From Ignavibacteriota bacterium (lineage in GTDB: Bacteria > Bacteroidota > Ignavibacteria > UBA10030 > SZUA-254): a stretch of 64,000 nucleotides of DNA. A program made the position numbers and the translations under genes. Under the pieces are notes generated by a model. The model made no database searches, was not told where the DNA came from, and saw only the letters and a program-made list of their open reading frames with translations. Shown piece after piece: positions 8,815-19,400 of the stretch (the stretch's first letter is position 1; every line of letters begins with the position of its first letter). The stretch lies in assembly GCA_025358305.1 (NCBI GenBank), contig JANYJZ010000007.1, positions 1,738-65,737 on the forward strand. The letters are read 5' to 3'.

Positions 8815-11448
8815 TCAGATCCAGGCTTTTCGTATGAGGATCGTCTTGACCAACTGGGTGAGGACAAGATAGGCCAGGAGCGTCACAAGCAAGATCGGCC
8901 AGTAGAGCCCCGGGAGCTCGGTGAACCCCAAGGCGGGGGCGAGACTCGAGTGCGGGAGCCAGACGCCGACCATCATGATGATGATGGTCGTCAGGATCAA
9001 GGGCACGCTCGGCTTCGACTGGAGGAAGGGTATCTTGTTCGTCCGGATGATGTGAATGATGAGCGTTTGGGTCATCAAGGACTCCACGAACCAGCCCGTC
9101 TGGAAGAGCGCCGACCGGGCCGGATCCCAGCAGTGGAAGACGGAGAGCATGACGAAATAGGTCGAATAATCGAAGATGGAACTGATCGGTCCGATAAATA
9201 AGATGAACCGGGTGATCTCGTCCATGGACCAGGGCCGAGGCCGGACGATCTGCTCGGGATCAACGTTGTCGGTCGGGATCGGCACCTGGGAAAAGTCGTA
9301 GAGGAGGTTGTTCGTGAGTACCTGGATCGGCAGCATGGGCACGAACGGCAGGAACGCGCTCGCCCCCAGGACAGAGAACATGTTCCCGAAGTTCGAGCTC
9401 GCCCCCATCCGGACGTATTTGATGATGTTCGCGAAGACCTTCCTCCCCTCGAGGACCCCCTCCTCCAGGACCATGAGGCTCTTTTCCAACAGGATGACGT
9501 CGGCGGATTCCTTCGCGATGTCGACCGCCGTGTCGACAGAGATGCCGACGTCGGCCGCCCTGAGGGCGGGCGCGTCGTTGATGCCGTCGCCCATGTACCC
9601 GACGACGTGCCCATTGGCCCGGAGCACCTGTATGATGCGCTGTTTATGCGCCGGGGTGAGCCTGGCGAAGACCGTCGCATCCCGAACCGCAACGAGGAGG
9701 TCCGCGTCGGAGAGCGCATCGACGTGCACCCCCAGGACGACATGTTCGGTCGGGAGCCCCACGTCGTGGCACACCTTCTTGCTGACAAGGTCGTTATCCC
9801 CGGTGAGGATCTTCACCGTGACGCCGTGTTTTTGCAAAGCGGCGATGGCCGGCCCCGCGCTCTCCTTCGGAGGATCAAGGAACGCCACATACCCCCGCAA
9901 AACGAGGTCGCACTCGTCCTCCTTCGAATAGGCCGCCCGGCGCTCGAGATCCTTGTACGCCACCGCGAGGACCCGGAACCCGTCCGCGCTCAACCGCTCG
10001 TACTCTTCGCGCAGGTCCTGAATCAGGACCGGGTCCATCGGGAGGATATCCTCCTCGAGCTCGAAGCGCGTCGAGCGCGCGAACACTTCTTCCGGCGCCC
10101 CCTTTGTGAGCAACCGGTGCATCCCGTTGGGCATCTCGACGATGACGGACATCATCCGGCGCGAAAAATCGAACGGGATCTCGTCCGCCTTCTTGTGAAG
10201 CTCGACCTCGTGTTGCTGATGGACATCCTCTCTGTGGTCCAGGATGGCGCGGTCGAGGACGTTCTTCAGGCCCGTCTGGAAGTAACTGATGAGGTAGGCG
10301 TCTCGGAGGACCGCGGTGTCCTCCTTCCGGACGACATCGCAGTGGTGCTCGAGGATGACGTGGTCCATCGTCAAGGTGCCGGTCTTGTCCGTGCAGAGGA
10401 CGTCCATGGCCCCGAAGTTCTGTATCGCATTCAGGCGCTTCACGATGACCTTTTTCCGCGACATGAGGATGGCGCCCCGGGAGAGGCTCACCGAAACGAT
10501 CATCGGCAGCATCTCCGGCGTGAGGCCGACCGCGACGGCCAGGGCGAAGAAGAACGCCTCGCCCCAGTTCCCCTTCGTGAACCCGTTGATGAGAAATACC
10601 AACGGCACCATGACCATCATGAACCGGATCATGAGCCAGGTGAAGCGCTTGATCCCTTTGTCGAAGCTCGTCTCGATCTGCGCGCCGGCGATGCTCCCGG
10701 CCATGCTGCCGAAGTAGGTCTGTTTGCCGGTCGCGACCGCGACGGCCAAGGCGGTCCCGCTCTCCACGCTCGTGCCGAGGAAGCAGACGTTGGAGAACTC
10801 CAACGGCGAGATGTTCTCCCGGGCGTCCCGGGCGTCGAACTTCTCGATCGGGAGCGATTCGCCGGTGAGGCTCGCCTGGATGACGAAGAGGTCCTTCGAC
10901 GAGAGTACCCTGAGGTCCGCCGGGATCATGTCGCCGGCCGAGAGTTTCACGACGTCGCCCGGGACGATCTCCTTCAAGGGCACCTCCAGAGGCGCTCCGT
11001 TCCGGAACACGGTCGCGGTGACCTTGATCATCGCCTTGAGCTGCGCGGCCGCCGAATCGGCCCGGTTCTCCTGGATGAACTTCAGCAGAACGCCCAAGAC
11101 GACCATGAGGCACATGACGGTGCCGGCCCGAGCGTCCCCGGTGGCGAAGGAGATCGCCGCCAAGGCGCCCAAGAGGACGACGAGCGGGTTCCGCAAGGAT
11201 ATCATCAGCCGCCAGGGCCAGCTATGCCGGATCTCCTGCGCGACCTCGTTCGGGCCGTGGAGTTCCCGCAAGCGCTCGACCTGGTCCTCCGATAGCCCCT
11301 GCACCGTCGTGCCGAGCGTCCGAAGCACGTCGGCGACCTCGGCGCGCGCGGCGTCAATGAGCCGGGGCGAGACCTGGATCTTGGCCGACGGCTTGGGGGC
11401 TGGGGCGGCGCCCGAGGCGGGGGCAGTCGTGCTGGCCGAAGGACTCAC
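8815..11448 (-). CDS. mgtA: Magnesium-translocating P-type ATPase
   Basis: TGES, PEMLP, DKTGTLT, GDGINDAPAL, NFGNMFSVLGAS, NLLYD and FQTGWFVES motifs. Confidence 0.95.
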   Translation of the reverse strand: MSPSASTTAPASGAAPAPKPSAKIQVSPRLIDAARAEVADVLRTLGTTVQGLSEDQVERLRELHGPNEVAQEIRHSWPWRLMISLRNPLVVLLGALAAISFATGDARAGTVMCLMVVLGVLLKFIQENRADSAAAQLKAMIKVTATVFRNGAPLEVPLKEIVPGDVVKLSAGDMIPADLRVLSSKDLFVIQASLTGESLPIEKFDARDARENISPLEFSNVCFLGTSVESGTALAVAVATGKQTYFGSMAGSIAGAQIETSFDKGIKRFTWLMIRFMMVMVPLVFLINGFTKGNWGEAFFFALAVAVGLTPEMLPMIVSVSLSRGAILMSRKKVIVKRLNAIQNFGAMDVLCTDKTGTLTMDHVILEHHCDVVRKEDTAVLRDAYLISYFQTGLKNVLDRAILDHREDVHQQHEVELHKKADEIPFDFSRRMMSVIVEMPNGMHRLLTKGAPEEVFARSTRFELEEDILPMDPVLIQDLREEYERLSADGFRVLAVAYKDLERRAAYSKEDECDLVLRGYVAFLDPPKESAGPAIAALQKHGVTVKILTGDNDLVSKKVCHDVGLPTEHVVLGVHVDALSDADLLVAVRDATVFARLTPAHKQRIIQVLRANGHVVGYMGDGINDAPALRAADVGISVDTAVDIAKESADVILLEKSLMVLEEGVLEGRKVFANIIKYVRMGASSNFGNMFSVLGASAFLPFVPMLPIQVLTNNLLYDFSQVPIPTDNVDPEQIVRPRPWSMDEITRFILFIGPISSIFDYSTYFVMLSVFHCWDPARSALFQTGWFVESLMTQTLIIHIIRTNKIPFLQSKPSVPLILTTIIIMMVGVWLPHSSLAPALGFTELPGLYWPILLVTLLAYLVLTQLVKTILIRKAWI

Positions 11449-11570
11449 GACGGCGTATCAGAATGGGGATTGGGCACGGTTGTATCTTTGGAGAGTTCTC
11501 TATGTTCAAAACACGCAGGGCAAGGCTCTATCGCAGGCGCCTCGCCGTTGGAGCTTTCGCGCCGGCGGCG

Positions 11571-11744
11571 TTACGACTTCGGGCGCAAGCGCACGATCTC
11601 CTCATCGACGAAGCGCTGGCGCTCATCCTCGCTTCTGAGGCTCTGGAGCACCGCGCGCGCCTCTTTCACCTTCCGGGCGAAGTCGGCGGTCGGGTTCTTC
11701 ATCATGTTCCCGACGAACCATTCGAACGCATCTTGGGCTGCCAT
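11571..11744 (-). CDS. Small hypothetical helical protein (57 aa), below the ORF-track cutoff
   Basis: MAAQDAFEWFVGNMMKNPTADFARKVKEARAVLQSLRSEDERQRFVDEEIVRLRPKS*. Host-like GC3-rich codons; starts 14 nt after the upstream stop on the same strand. Confidence 0.65.
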   Translation of the reverse strand: MAAQDAFEWFVGNMMKNPTADFARKVKEARAVLQSLRSEDERQRFVDEEIVRLRPKS

Positions 11745-11758
11745 CGCGCTTTTCTTGC

Positions 11759-12994
11759 TTAGGGATTGAGTGTGAACCGCGTCGCTGGGCTCGTCAGCCG
11801 GATCATGAGCTGGTACACCTTGTACTCTTCCTGGAGGTCGCTGATCGAGAGACAGAAGGCCTTGCGCTTATCCTTCGGCACGATGTACCGCGCCAGAAGG
11901 ATCGACTTCCAGTCCTCCATCAGCGCGTTGTCGAGGCGGATCATGTAATCTACCTTCGCCTTCGTCGCCAGGAGGAGAAGGCTCGAGTGGACCTCCTGGG
12001 CGAGGCTCTTTTCTTTAAAGATAAGCTTCTCCATGACCTTGATATCCCTGGTCTTTCCCGATGCGTGCTTCGATTCACGCTGCTTGCTCGATTTTCCCGC
12101 GTCGGCGATCTCCGGGAGGCTGACGATATGCTCGTCCAAGGCGAAGACCTCGACGTCCCAGTCGACGGCGTCGTGGACGTCGATGAGGGCCCGCAAGAGT
12201 TCGACGTACCGGTCCTCGATGAGCGCGGTGATCCCGGCAAGACCCAGCATGAGCGTCCAGCACGGCACGGAAACGATGACCTCCTCGGTCCGCAAGGTGT
12301 TGAGGATCCGCTCATGCTGATACCGAACCCCGGTCGCCTTTTGGGTGGTCAAGGTCGGCTTGCCCGATCTGTCGAGCGAGTAGTCTTCTTTGGAGAGCTT
12401 GCTCAGATAGAGCCGGATGTCGCCGGAATCGACCAGGAAGATCGTGTTGAGGCCGTCGGCGCCCTTCAGCTTGAGCTTTTTCGTCGGCACGCCCTTCCCC
12501 GTGCTGATGGGGGCGTAGCTGAACCCGTAGATATAGAACCAGTCGGACGGATCCAAGGGGATATCCATCGGCTCGGAGGCGAAGGGCTCCCTCGTCCCGA
12601 AATGTTCCATGATCGATTCGGTGGAAGTCTCCGGCTCCGGCTCCAGTTCAAGCGGGGGCGTGAGCGCCGGGAGTTCCGCCGGCGGCGGAGGCTCAGGCGC
12701 ACGTTCAACGACGACGGGCTCCGGCAGCCGCTCTTCGGCCGCAGGTTCGGCCTGGAGGACCTCATGGGAGGCGCGATCGGCGGCGATCTCCTGCTCTATC
12801 ATATGGAAGATGAGGTCGCGGAGTTCGCTCGAGAGGAGATATTCGAACTGCTTGAGGATCGCTTCGGCGACCTTCTCCACCGGAAGGTCGGTGAATGCCT
12901 CAAGCTTTTGGCCCAAGGATTCACGCCTTTTTATCTTCTCTGAAAGCTCCTCGAGGATCAGTTCGGAGAGCCGTCGCCGAGTTTCATCTCTCAT
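11759..12994 (-). CDS. GvpL/GvpF-family protein with an extra N-terminal helical domain and Pro/Glu linker
   Basis: Order and spacing of FYIYG, LKGADG, HERIL, YVELLRAL..VHDAVDWDVEVF, ILLARYIVP..RKAF follow the GvpL/F pattern as recalled. Start set at MRDETRRRL (12994). Confidence 0.72.
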   Translation of the reverse strand: MRDETRRRLSELILEELSEKIKRRESLGQKLEAFTDLPVEKVAEAILKQFEYLLSSELRDLIFHMIEQEIAADRASHEVLQAEPAAEERLPEPVVVERAPEPPPPAELPALTPPLELEPEPETSTESIMEHFGTREPFASEPMDIPLDPSDWFYIYGFSYAPISTGKGVPTKKLKLKGADGLNTIFLVDSGDIRLYLSKLSKEDYSLDRSGKPTLTTQKATGVRYQHERILNTLRTEEVIVSVPCWTLMLGLAGITALIEDRYVELLRALIDVHDAVDWDVEVFALDEHIVSLPEIADAGKSSKQRESKHASGKTRDIKVMEKLIFKEKSLAQEVHSSLLLLATKAKVDYMIRLDNALMEDWKSILLARYIVPKDKRKAFCLSISDLQEEYKVYQLMIRLTSPATRFTLNP

Positions 12995-13074
12995 GCAGGG
13001 TGCGGGTACGTTCGCCAACAATGTCGGAATACGCAGCGCGACGTCACAATCGGCCGCTGCAAAAATTGTATCGG

Positions 13075-13103
13075 AAGATACGGTAAATGGCCTTCGTAGT
13101 CAA
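13075..13103 (-). promoter_or_regulatory. Sigma70-type promoter of the GvpL/F-like gene
   Basis: TTGACT (13103-13098), 17 nt, TATCTT (13080-13075). Confidence 0.6.
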
Positions 13104-13180
13104 GGATAGGTTGACGTAGGGCATGATTTGGGGGCAGGAGCGTGATCAGCGAGAAAGCGGTGAATACACCGCCGAAGAAG

Positions 13181-13263
13181 CGGAGAGCGAGGGATTCGAA
13201 CCCCCAAGCCCTTACGGGCGCCAGTTTTCAAGACTGGTGCAATAGCCGTTCTGCCAGCTCTCC
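13181..13263 (-). tRNA. tRNA-Ser (TGA), CCA not encoded
   Basis: GGAGAGC acceptor, anticodon arm CCAGT-CTTGAAA-ACTGG, long variable arm, TTCGAAT T-loop. Promoter TTGATT-17-TATATT at 13309-13281. Confidence 0.96.
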
Positions 13264-13351
13264 GAAGCGATACTGGGGAGAATATAAAAAAATCGGCGCC
13301 CCGAATCAACCCTCCCGATGCGTTTGCTCCACTCTCGTTACCCTCCCCACT

Positions 13352-13387
13352 AAAACGACGCGGGGCGGGAGATCAGTCCCGCCCCGC
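13352..13387 (-). terminator. Intrinsic terminator after the 2343-aa gene
   Basis: gcggggcggga (13360-13370) / tcccgccccgc (13377-13387), then GTCGTTTT. Confidence 0.65.
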
Positions 13388-13409
13388 ATATTCTGGCTCG
13401 ATGAACCGT

Positions 13410-16400
13410 TTATTTGATAAGGATCATCTTCTTCGTCGAGGTGAAGGGCGAACCGGGAGCTGCGCCTTCGGCACTGAGGGGCTGGGCGCTCAAGCGGTAG
13501 AAGTAGATCCCTGACGGGAACGACGACGCGTCCCAGGAGATATCCTCTCGTCCCGGCCCGAGTTCCGACCGGTTATGGAGGAGCGTAACCTGCTCCCCGA
13601 GGATATTCAGGACGCTCACTGAGACGACCGACCGAACCGGTAGGTCGAACTGGATCGTCGTGACTGGGTTGAACGGGTTTGGATAGTTCTGCAGAAGTGC
13701 GAACGACGTCGGGACGGCCTTCTTGGGATCCAAGACGAGTATGAGGTTCTGCGCCGTCTTGAGCGTCACCGACCCTGCGTCATCGAGTTCGGCGCGCAAC
13801 GGCGAGCGCGCGCCGTCGGTGCCGGAAAGGACCATGCGGACATCCTCTCCCCCGTCACGCTTCCATCCGATCGTGACAGGCGCGATCGCCGAAGAGATGC
13901 GGATCGCGAGTTCCTGCCTCCGGCCGGTGGAGATCTCCATCATCCGATCGGTGGCGAAACGGACGTCGAACACCCCGTTGGGCGGCGCGGGGGGAAGTGC
14001 GAAGAGCTTTGATCCGCCGTCCGACCCTTTACGTCCGACGAAGAGCTGCTGAGTGTTGCCTGCCGCGTCCGAGATGACGATCGTCGCCACCGGAGGGTCT
14101 TCCGCGGTGTGCCGCGGGCTCGCGGACGACATGCTCGCAGGCACATTCGCCGACGAGGAAAAGACAAGCGTCCCCGTCGCGGAGACATTCACCCAGTATC
14201 CGAGGCCGGGCCGCAACGTGTCGGAGACGGAATACCCCGCCTGGTAACCGTAGAACTGCGACGCGATGGTCGTTCCCACGGGAACGACCGAGGAGGCCGG
14301 GAGCTTCTCGGCGAGCGCGCCGACGAGGTTCCATCCGGCCTCGACAGCGATGGTGTCCGCCAGGTCGGGGAAGCCGATCAAGGTTGCGGTCTGCGCGGAG
14401 CCGAACTTGATCCAGTAACCTGCGCCGTGCGGGATAAGGGCCGTCGAGCTGTAGCCCGACCCGGGAAGGAACGCGTAGGCGCTCGCAAGAGCGGCAGGAT
14501 ACACGGCCGTCACCGAGTCATTGCCACCACGCAACGGATTGGAGATGATGTTCCATTTCGCCTGGAGTGGGACCCCGACGACGACCTGGGAGCTCGCATT
14601 GATCTGCCAGCTGTAGGGCCGGGACCCGGCGCATGCGTCGGAGCCGGTCGCGGTGATCGTGAAGCTGTAGGTCCCTGCGCTCGACGGCAAGCCGGCAAGA
14701 AGACCCGCCGATGATAGCGTCACGCCGGTCGGAAGCGACCCGGCCGAGACCGTGAACGTGTACGCTCCAGTGCCCCCGGACGCCGTGATCGAAAGGCTCA
14801 CCGGGTGCGCGACGGAATCGTCGGCAAGCGTCGAGGGCAGAACGGACACGACCGGACAATCGACCTGGAGCGAGTAGGCCTTCATTCCCTGGCAGCCGAA
14901 TGTATCGGTCGCGGTCACCGTGAATGGAAAATTCCCCGTCGCCGTCGGCGTCCCGGAAAGGAGCCCCGACGCGGAAAGCGTGATACCGGCAGGGGGCGTC
15001 GCGAGCGTCACCTGGAACGTGTAGGGCGAGGTGCCGCCCGAGCCAGCGAGCTGCAGCGAATAGAGACTCCCCTTCGTGCCGTTCGGAAGCGAGGCCGGCG
15101 ACACGCTGAGCGCAGGACAGGTGGCCTGGAGCGAATAGGCCTTGCTGCCCTGGCACCCGAACGAATCTGTCGCCGTGACCGTGAACGATGCGGCGAACGC
15201 CGCACTCGGCGTCCCCGACAGAAGACCCGCGCCGGAGAGCGTCACGCTCGCGGGGAGCGATCCCAAGGTCACGCTGTACGCGTACGAACCCGTTCCGCCC
15301 GTCGCGCTGACTGCCTGAGCGTAGGCCGTGCCGACCGTCGCGGCCGGAAGCGACGCAGGCGAGAGCGTGATCGACGTACATCCGATATTCAGCGTATAGG
15401 CGAGACTGTCCTGGCAGCCGTTCGCATCCGCCGCCTGGATGGTCACAGGAAATACGCCGCTCGCCGTGGGCGTTCCGGTGATCGATCCGGACGTTGCGAG
15501 AGTGAGGCCCGGCGGCATCGCGCCCGAATGGGGAGTGAACGTATAGGGAGCCGTGCCCCCGCTTGCCGTGACGCTGTGGCTGTAGATGACGCCCGCCGTC
15601 CCGCCGGCAAGGACTGCCGGCGAAAGAGTGATCGTCGGACAGCTCGATTGTATCGCGTACGGCTTGGCCGCAGTGCAGCCGCTCGAATCGGTCACGACGA
15701 CGGTGAAGTTCGAGTTCCCCGGCGTCGTCGGCGTGCCGGTGATGACCCCGAGTGCGGAGAGCGAAAGCCCAACGGGGAGCGTATTGGGCGTCTGGAGCGC
15801 GTAGCCGTACGGGCTTGTGCCGCCCGAGGCCGTCACGGTCTGATTATACGGCGTGCCGATCGCGGCGGCGGGAAGCGAGGCGGGAAGGACATTGATCACC
15901 GGACAGCTCACCTGGATGCTGTATCCTTTCGTCGCTGGGCAGCCGTTGGAATCTGCCACGACAACCGTGAAGTTCGACAGGCCCGTCGCCGTCGGCGTCC
16001 CGGAAATGATCCCGGCAGAGGAGAGCGAGAGTCCGACGGGGAGCGTACCGGGCGTCTGGAGCGTGCAACTGTACGGCGCTTTGCCGCCCGACGGCGTCAC
16101 CGTCTGGTTATAAAAGATGTTGATCGTACCCGCCGGAAGTGATGCAGGCAGGATGCTGATCGAGGGACAGCTTACCTGGATGCTGTACGCTTTCGTCCCT
16201 GTGCATCCGTGCGCGTCGGTCGCGACGACGGTGAAGTTCGACGTGCCGGTCGCCGTCGGCGTCCCAGTGATCGCGCCGCCCGAGGAAAGTGAAAGCCCCG
16301 TGGGAAGCGTATTGGGAGTCTGGAGCGCGTACGCGTACGGTGATGTCCCGCCGGAGGCCGTCACCGTCTGATTATACGGCGTGCTGATCGTCGCTCCGAG

Positions 16401-19400
16401 GAGCGAGGCCGGGAGCATGCTGATCGCCGGGCAGGTCACCTGAATGCTGTACGCTTTTGTGGCTGTACAACCGTTTGAGTCGGTGACGACCACCGTGAAA
16501 TTCGATGTGCCGATCGCCGTTGGCGTTCCCGTTATGCCCCCTCCGGCAGCGAGCGCGAGCCCCGAAGGCAAGGTGCCGGGGGTCTGAAGCGTGAAGACAT
16601 ACGGTATCGTCCCGCCCGAGGCGGTCACGGTCTGGTTGTAGGCCACACCGAGTCCGGCATTCGGCAGGCTCGCGGGAAGTATCGTTATTGTGGGGCAGGC
16701 CACGACGGTGAGGCCGATCGAGGCGGAAGCGGAACGCAGCTGGGCATCTTGGACCGATACCGCCAGGGATTTCAGCCCCGGCGAGGTCGCCAGTGTGACC
16801 GTATCGCGAAACGTCCAGAGGTTGTCGCCATTCGTGACATCGCCGTGCGTCCCGTCGTTGTAGAATGTCTGCGCGGAGGAGCCGCCCACGGTGGAAAGGT
16901 TTGTGGTCACCGTGATCCCCGTGCTCGTCGGGTTGGTGCCGGGTGTGACTGTCACCGTCAGGAGCGAGGTGTTCCCGACGACGACGCTCGAGGGGCTCGA
17001 TGCGCCCGACGCGGTGGGGTTCGTTGGAGCGCCGAACCCCGGATTCGCGGTGATGGCGAAGCTGTCGACGGCGAGTCCGTCGTCGGAGCCCGTCGCGCTG
17101 AAGTCGCTCCAGCGGATCCAGAAGGTGGCGCCGTTCGCGATACTCAGGCCGCTGATGGTCGAGCTGACCGTCGTCCTCTTGACGTTTCCGTCGCGGGCTC
17201 CGGCAGCACCCGATGTGTCGGTCGTCGCGTAATCCAGGCTGTAGTACGGCGTCCAGGTGCCGGTCGTGAGGCTGGTTGCATCCAGGCTCATTTTAAACTG
17301 GAGCGAATCGAATCTGTTCCGCGTTCCGAGCCGCCACTCCTCTCCCACATAGGCGATCCCGAGAGAGGTAATCGTCGCGCCCGTATTGTTGGTGACACTT
17401 GCGCCGATCGTCGGTGTCGCCAATGTCCCGCTCTGAAGCATGCCGAAGGCACGATCTGATGCGCTCGTGGCCCCGTAACTATACGTATTCCCGGCGGTGT
17501 TCGTGCCATTGTCTATGCCATACGTCGTGTTCGCATTCGTCCCGACCTCGTTGAGGAACCATCCTGTGGGAAGCGTGCTCGAGGTCGCGCCCGAATTCGC
17601 CATGCCGTCAAAATTCTCGATCACCGCCGTCCCCTGGACCGCAAGGCTGATCGTATTCGGCACGAACACGGCATACACAGTCACGCTATAGGCACGGCTC
17701 CCCGTGCAGGCGATGCCGTCTGTCGATAAAATCGTGAACGAATAGACCCCAACGGTTGTGAGCGTGCCTGAAAGTAGTCCACCCGACGACAGTGTCAGCC
17801 CCGTCGGGATCGCGCCAGCGCTCACGCTGTACGTGTACGAAGGCGTCCCTCCGCTCGACGTGACGGGCTGGCTGTACGCCTTGCCCACCGTGTCGCTCGG
17901 GAGCGTCGCCGGGGCAAGCGTGATACTTGGACAGAATATCTGCACGGAATACGCCCGCGTGCCTTGACACAGGTTCGCATCGGTGGCACGGACGGTGAAC
18001 GAATATGATCCGGTGAGCGTCGGCGCGCCCGAGAGCGCGCCTCCGGCTGAGAGCGTGATCCCCGGAGGGAGTGCGCCAGCGGAGATCGCATAGGTGTACG
18101 GGCCGGTCCCTCCGGACGCAGTAACGCTTTGGCTGTAGGCGATCCCGATCGTATCATTCGGGAGCGTCGCCGGGGCCAGCGTGATCTGCGGGCACCCTGT
18201 GACGGTCCACGTATACGCCTGGACGCCCGTGCAGAAGTTCGCATCGGTGGCCGTTACGGAAAAGTTGTACACGCCGCCAAACGTCGGCGTGCCGGAGAGG
18301 AGACCCGCTCCGGTGAGCGTCACGCCTGCCGGCAATGCGCCGGCAGTGACCGTGTATCCGTAGGGCGCCAATCCACCGCTCGCCGTGATAGTCTGACTGT
18401 AGGGAGTTCCCGCGGTGCCGTTCGTGAGTGTTGACGGCGAAAGGATGACCGTCGGGCAGCTCGCGACGCTCACCGTGAAGATACCGCTCGCGCTCGTCAC
18501 GGCTTGGCTGTCCGGGTTCATGACGGTCACCGTGCGCGCACCGGCAAGTGCGCCGGGGGCCACGCTCAAATTCAAGACGACGCTCGTCGGATTGGTAAAG
18601 GTGACGCTGTTGACCGTCACGCCCGCACCCCCGACGCTCGCGGAGATCCGGCGCGAATAGCCCGCACCCGGGTCGAAGAACCCCGTGCCGCCGGAGGAGG
18701 TCCCGGTGACCGTGACATTGACGTTCGAGGCGCCGGCGACAGCACTCGACGGCAGAGCGGACGTGGGAGCGGCCGGCAGCGGGGCCTTCAACTGCACCAC
18801 GCGGGTCGCCCAGGAGTTCGTCGCATTCGTGTATTCCTGGAACGTCCAGAAGGTCATGTCGTCATTGGGATCGACGACCGTCGAGGAGTAGTCTCCCCAA
18901 CGCTGGCCGTTGGTCGTGGGTTGGACGTTGTAGGCGGTGGACGCGACAAATGCGAGCGTCGGTGCCTGAATTGTGCCCGACACATCCGAAGCGAGCCGCC
19001 CGGCGACGGCGACCCCGGCAAAGTCATTGAGACTCGCGTAGCTCGTCCCCATGGCTGCATGGCCTTGACCCGACATCGCAATGGTCGGTATCCAGTAACC
19101 GCGGATGTTCGATGCCCCGGGGTCATAGAGCGTACCGGATTGAATGAGCGTGGGCGTCGTGGTCATCGAACCGATCTGGTACCAGCGCGAACCGTTTCGC
19201 CCTCCCGCCGTCGCCACTCCCGAGGCATTGACAGCGATATTCTGCGCGGTCCACAGGGTCGCAACCCCGGTCAATTTATTCTTCTTTAATTGCGCGGCGA
19301 AGAGCCGGTCATCGAGCGCATCGAGTCTGCTCGTGTCGGACGCTTCACCCTCATGCTGTTGCAAAACCGGAGCGATCGTCGCAGGAACCGTCAGGACGAT

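Noticed and set aside
11449-11570. M-box riboswitch or MgtL-like leader peptide before mgtA
   Set aside because: Only about 120 nt, no recognisable M-box motifs and no Pro-rich leader ORF found.
8545-13263. Possible genomic island bounded by two tRNAs
   Set aside because: No integrase, no duplicated tRNA 3' end seen, and composition matches the host.
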